64,000 bases of DNA. Origin: an uncultured Alphaproteobacteria bacterium (GTDB taxonomy: Bacteria > Pseudomonadota > Alphaproteobacteria > Sphingomonadales > Sphingomonadaceae). Where the stretch lies: assembly GCA_963781025.1 (NCBI GenBank), contig CAWADU010000001.1, forward strand, positions 5,558-69,557, given 5' to 3'. This document shows, piece after piece, positions 61,967 to 64,000 of this stretch. The notes below the pieces were generated by a model, which did no database searches, had not been told where the DNA came from, and was given only the letters and a program-made list of their open reading frames with translations. The translations under genes and the position numbers were made by a program. The first letter of the stretch is position 1. The number at the start of each line of letters is the position of its first letter.

Positions 61967-64000
61967 ATGACCACCAACCAGTTCACCGTCTCCGACGCCG
62001 AACGCGCCCGCATCGCGCGTGAGGGCATGTACCGGCCGGATATGGAATCCGATGCCTGTGGTGTCGGCATGGTCGCGGCCGTCGATGGAAAGCCGTCGCG
62101 CCGGGTGGTGGTGGCCGCAATCGACGCGCTGAAGGCGGTCTGGCACCGGGGCGCGGTCGATGCCGATGGCAAGACCGGCGATGGCGCGGGCATTCATGTC
62201 GAGCTGCCGGTGGCCTTTTTCGAGGAAGCGATCGAGCGTTCGGGCCATCACCCGCGTCCCAATCTGCTGGCGGTCGGCAGATATTCCTGCCGCGCACCGA
62301 CCTTGCCGATCAGGAAACCTGCCGCACGATCGTGGAATCCGAGATCATCGATTTCGGCTACACCATCTATGGCTGGCGTCAGGTGCCGGTCGATGTCTCG
62401 GTGATCGGCGACAAGGCGATGCTGACCCGCGCCCGAGATCGAGCAGATCATGATCGCCGGGCCGCTGCCGGGCGCCGATGGCGGCAATGCCGCGCGCAGG
62501 AGTTCGAGAAGAATCTCTACCTCATCCGCCGCCGGATCGAGAAGAAGGTGATCGAAGCGCAGATCCAGGGTTTCTATATCTGCTCGCTGTCGTGCCGTTC
62601 GATCATCTACAAGGGCTTGTTCCTCGCCGAGACCCTGTCGGTCTTCTATCCGGACCTGCTCGACGAGCGGTTCGAAAGCCGCTTCGCGATTTTCCACCAG
62701 CGCTATTCGACCAACACCTTCCCGCAATGGTGGCTGGCGCAGCCGTTCCGCACGCTCGCGCACAATGGCGAGATCAACACGATTCGCGGCAACAAGAACT
62801 GGATGAAGAGCCACGAGATCAAGATGGCCTCCATCGCGTTCGGCGAGCATTCGGAAGATATCAAGCCGCTGATCCCGGCGGGCGCGTCGGACACGGCGGC
62901 GCTGGACGCAGTGTTCGAGGACGATGTGCCGCGCAGGAAGCGATGCGCCGACCGCCAAGCTGATGCTGGTGCCGGAAGCATGGCAGAACGACACCGCCAT
63001 GCCGCAGGAACAGCGCGACATGTACGCGTTCTTCGCGTCAGTGATGGAGCCGTGGGACGGCCCCGCGGCGCTTGCGATGACCGACGGCCGCTGGGCTGTC
63101 GCGGGCGTGGATCGCAGCGCGCTTCGCCCGCTCCGCTATTCGCTGACGAACGAGGGCCTGCTGATCGTCGGATCGGAAACCGGCATGGTGGTGGTTCCGG
63201 AATCGAATGTCGTCGAAAAGGGGCGGCTTGGTCCCGGCCAGATGATCGCGGTCGATCTCGACGAAGGCCGCTTCTTCCACGATCAGGACGTCAAGGATCG
63301 TATCGCCGGCAGGCAACCCTATGGCCAGTGGGTGAAAGGTTTCACTGCCTTCTCCGACCTCAAGGGCTTTGGCGGGGCGGAACCGGGGGCGCAGTTCGAA
63401 CGGGCCGAATTGATGCGCCGTCAGGTGGCGGTCGGCCGCACGATGGAGGATATGGAGCTTATCCTCTCGCCGATGGTCGACGACGCGAAGGAAGCGGTCG
63501 GCAGCATGGGTGACGATACGCCACTGGCCGTGATCTCGGACAATCCGCGCTGCATCAGTCACTTCTTCCGGCAGAACTTCAGCCAGGTGACCAATCCGCC
63601 GATCAATTCGCTGCGCGAGACGCGGGTGATGAGCCTGACGACCCGGTTCGGCAATCTGGCGAATATCCTCGACCGCGAGACCCGGCAGCAGGGCGTGATG
63701 GTGCTCGAACTCGCCGGTGCTCACCAACAAGGAATGGGCGCTGCTGAAGGGCCACTTCGGCGAAATCGCGGCCGAGATTGACTGCACCTATGCGCCGGGC
63801 GAGGGACCGGACGCGCTGCGACGGGCAATCGCGCGCGTGCGGCGCGAGGCCGAACAGGCCGTCCGCGAAGGGCGGACCGAAGTGTTCCTGACCGACGAGA
63901 ATATCGGGCCGGATCGCGTCGGCATTCAGATGATTTTGGCCGCCGCCGCAGTGCACACGCATCTGGTGCGCAAGGGCCTCCGGTCGTTCGCCAGCGTCAA
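61967..64000 (+). pseudogene. gltB: glutamate synthase large subunit (5' part; continues beyond the window), with at least five frame changes
   Basis: Conserved GltB sequence has to be read across frames. 61967-62278 gives MTTNQF...CGVGMVAAVDG...NLLAVG. 62281-62430 gives IFLPRTDLADQETCRTIVESEIIDFGYTIYGWRQVPVDVSVIGDKA. 62432-62496 gives PEIEQIMIAGPLPGADGGNAAR. 62497-62919 gives QEFEKNLY...RYSTNTFPQWWLAQPFRTLAHNGEINT...AVFE. 62921-63712 gives MCRAG..LMLVPEAW...EPWDGPAAL...SQVTNPPI...VMVLEL. 63714-64000 gives PVLTNKEWALLKGHFGEIAAEID.... Confidence 0.9.

Overview
High-GC chromosomal core segment. Protein signatures look alphaproteobacterial and Sphingomonadaceae-like, but that is inference only. 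I call about 55 protein-coding genes, 3 tRNAs, one tandem intergenic repeat and a few hairpins or promoter-like motifs. I saw no rRNA, CRISPR array, transposase, integrase or phage genes. Content is mainly housekeeping:
- Envelope and transport: TonB-dependent receptor, rarD, murA, a frameshifted EmrB-like MFS pump, two orphan family-5 solute-binding proteins, an Mla/Mce-type ABC system, UppP, and a Mur-ligase plus LD-carboxypeptidase pair.
- DNA and nucleotide metabolism: a Ku-LigD NHEJ pair, dcd, PurT.
- Redox and central metabolism: GST, a giant NAD-glutamate dehydrogenase, a rubrerythrin/CCG-FeS/DUF3501 operon, aconitase, GltD-GltB.
- Protein turnover and folding: cyclophilin, a CDC48/p97-like double AAA+ ATPase next to a LysR regulator, oligopeptidase B, aminopeptidase P, PepN.
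- Lipid enzymes: a PmtA-like methyltransferase and a PLD/Cls-like enzyme.

The strongest sequence-level signal is at least ten single-base frame disruptions in otherwise well conserved genes: the EmrB-like pump, glutathione peroxidase, pepN, a sulfotransferase, gltD, and five in gltB. Six of them fall in the last 2.4 kb. A tRNA-Thr also carries an 8-nt T-loop. These are either assembly indel errors or real gene decay.

I did not find a convincing novel multi-gene system. The best leads are:
- An orphan intrinsic terminator with a candidate sRNA between the LysR gene and the CDC48-like ATPase.
- The CDC48-like unfoldase itself.
- GGAAC..CGGTT general-stress-type promoter motifs in front of ku-ligD and a DUF3175 gene.
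- A perfect 52-bp tandem palindromic repeat between the Mur-ligase and LD-carboxypeptidase genes.
- Two short atypical-composition patches at the 3' sides of tRNA genes.

The many long ORFs antisense to real genes are treated as high-GC shadow ORFs.
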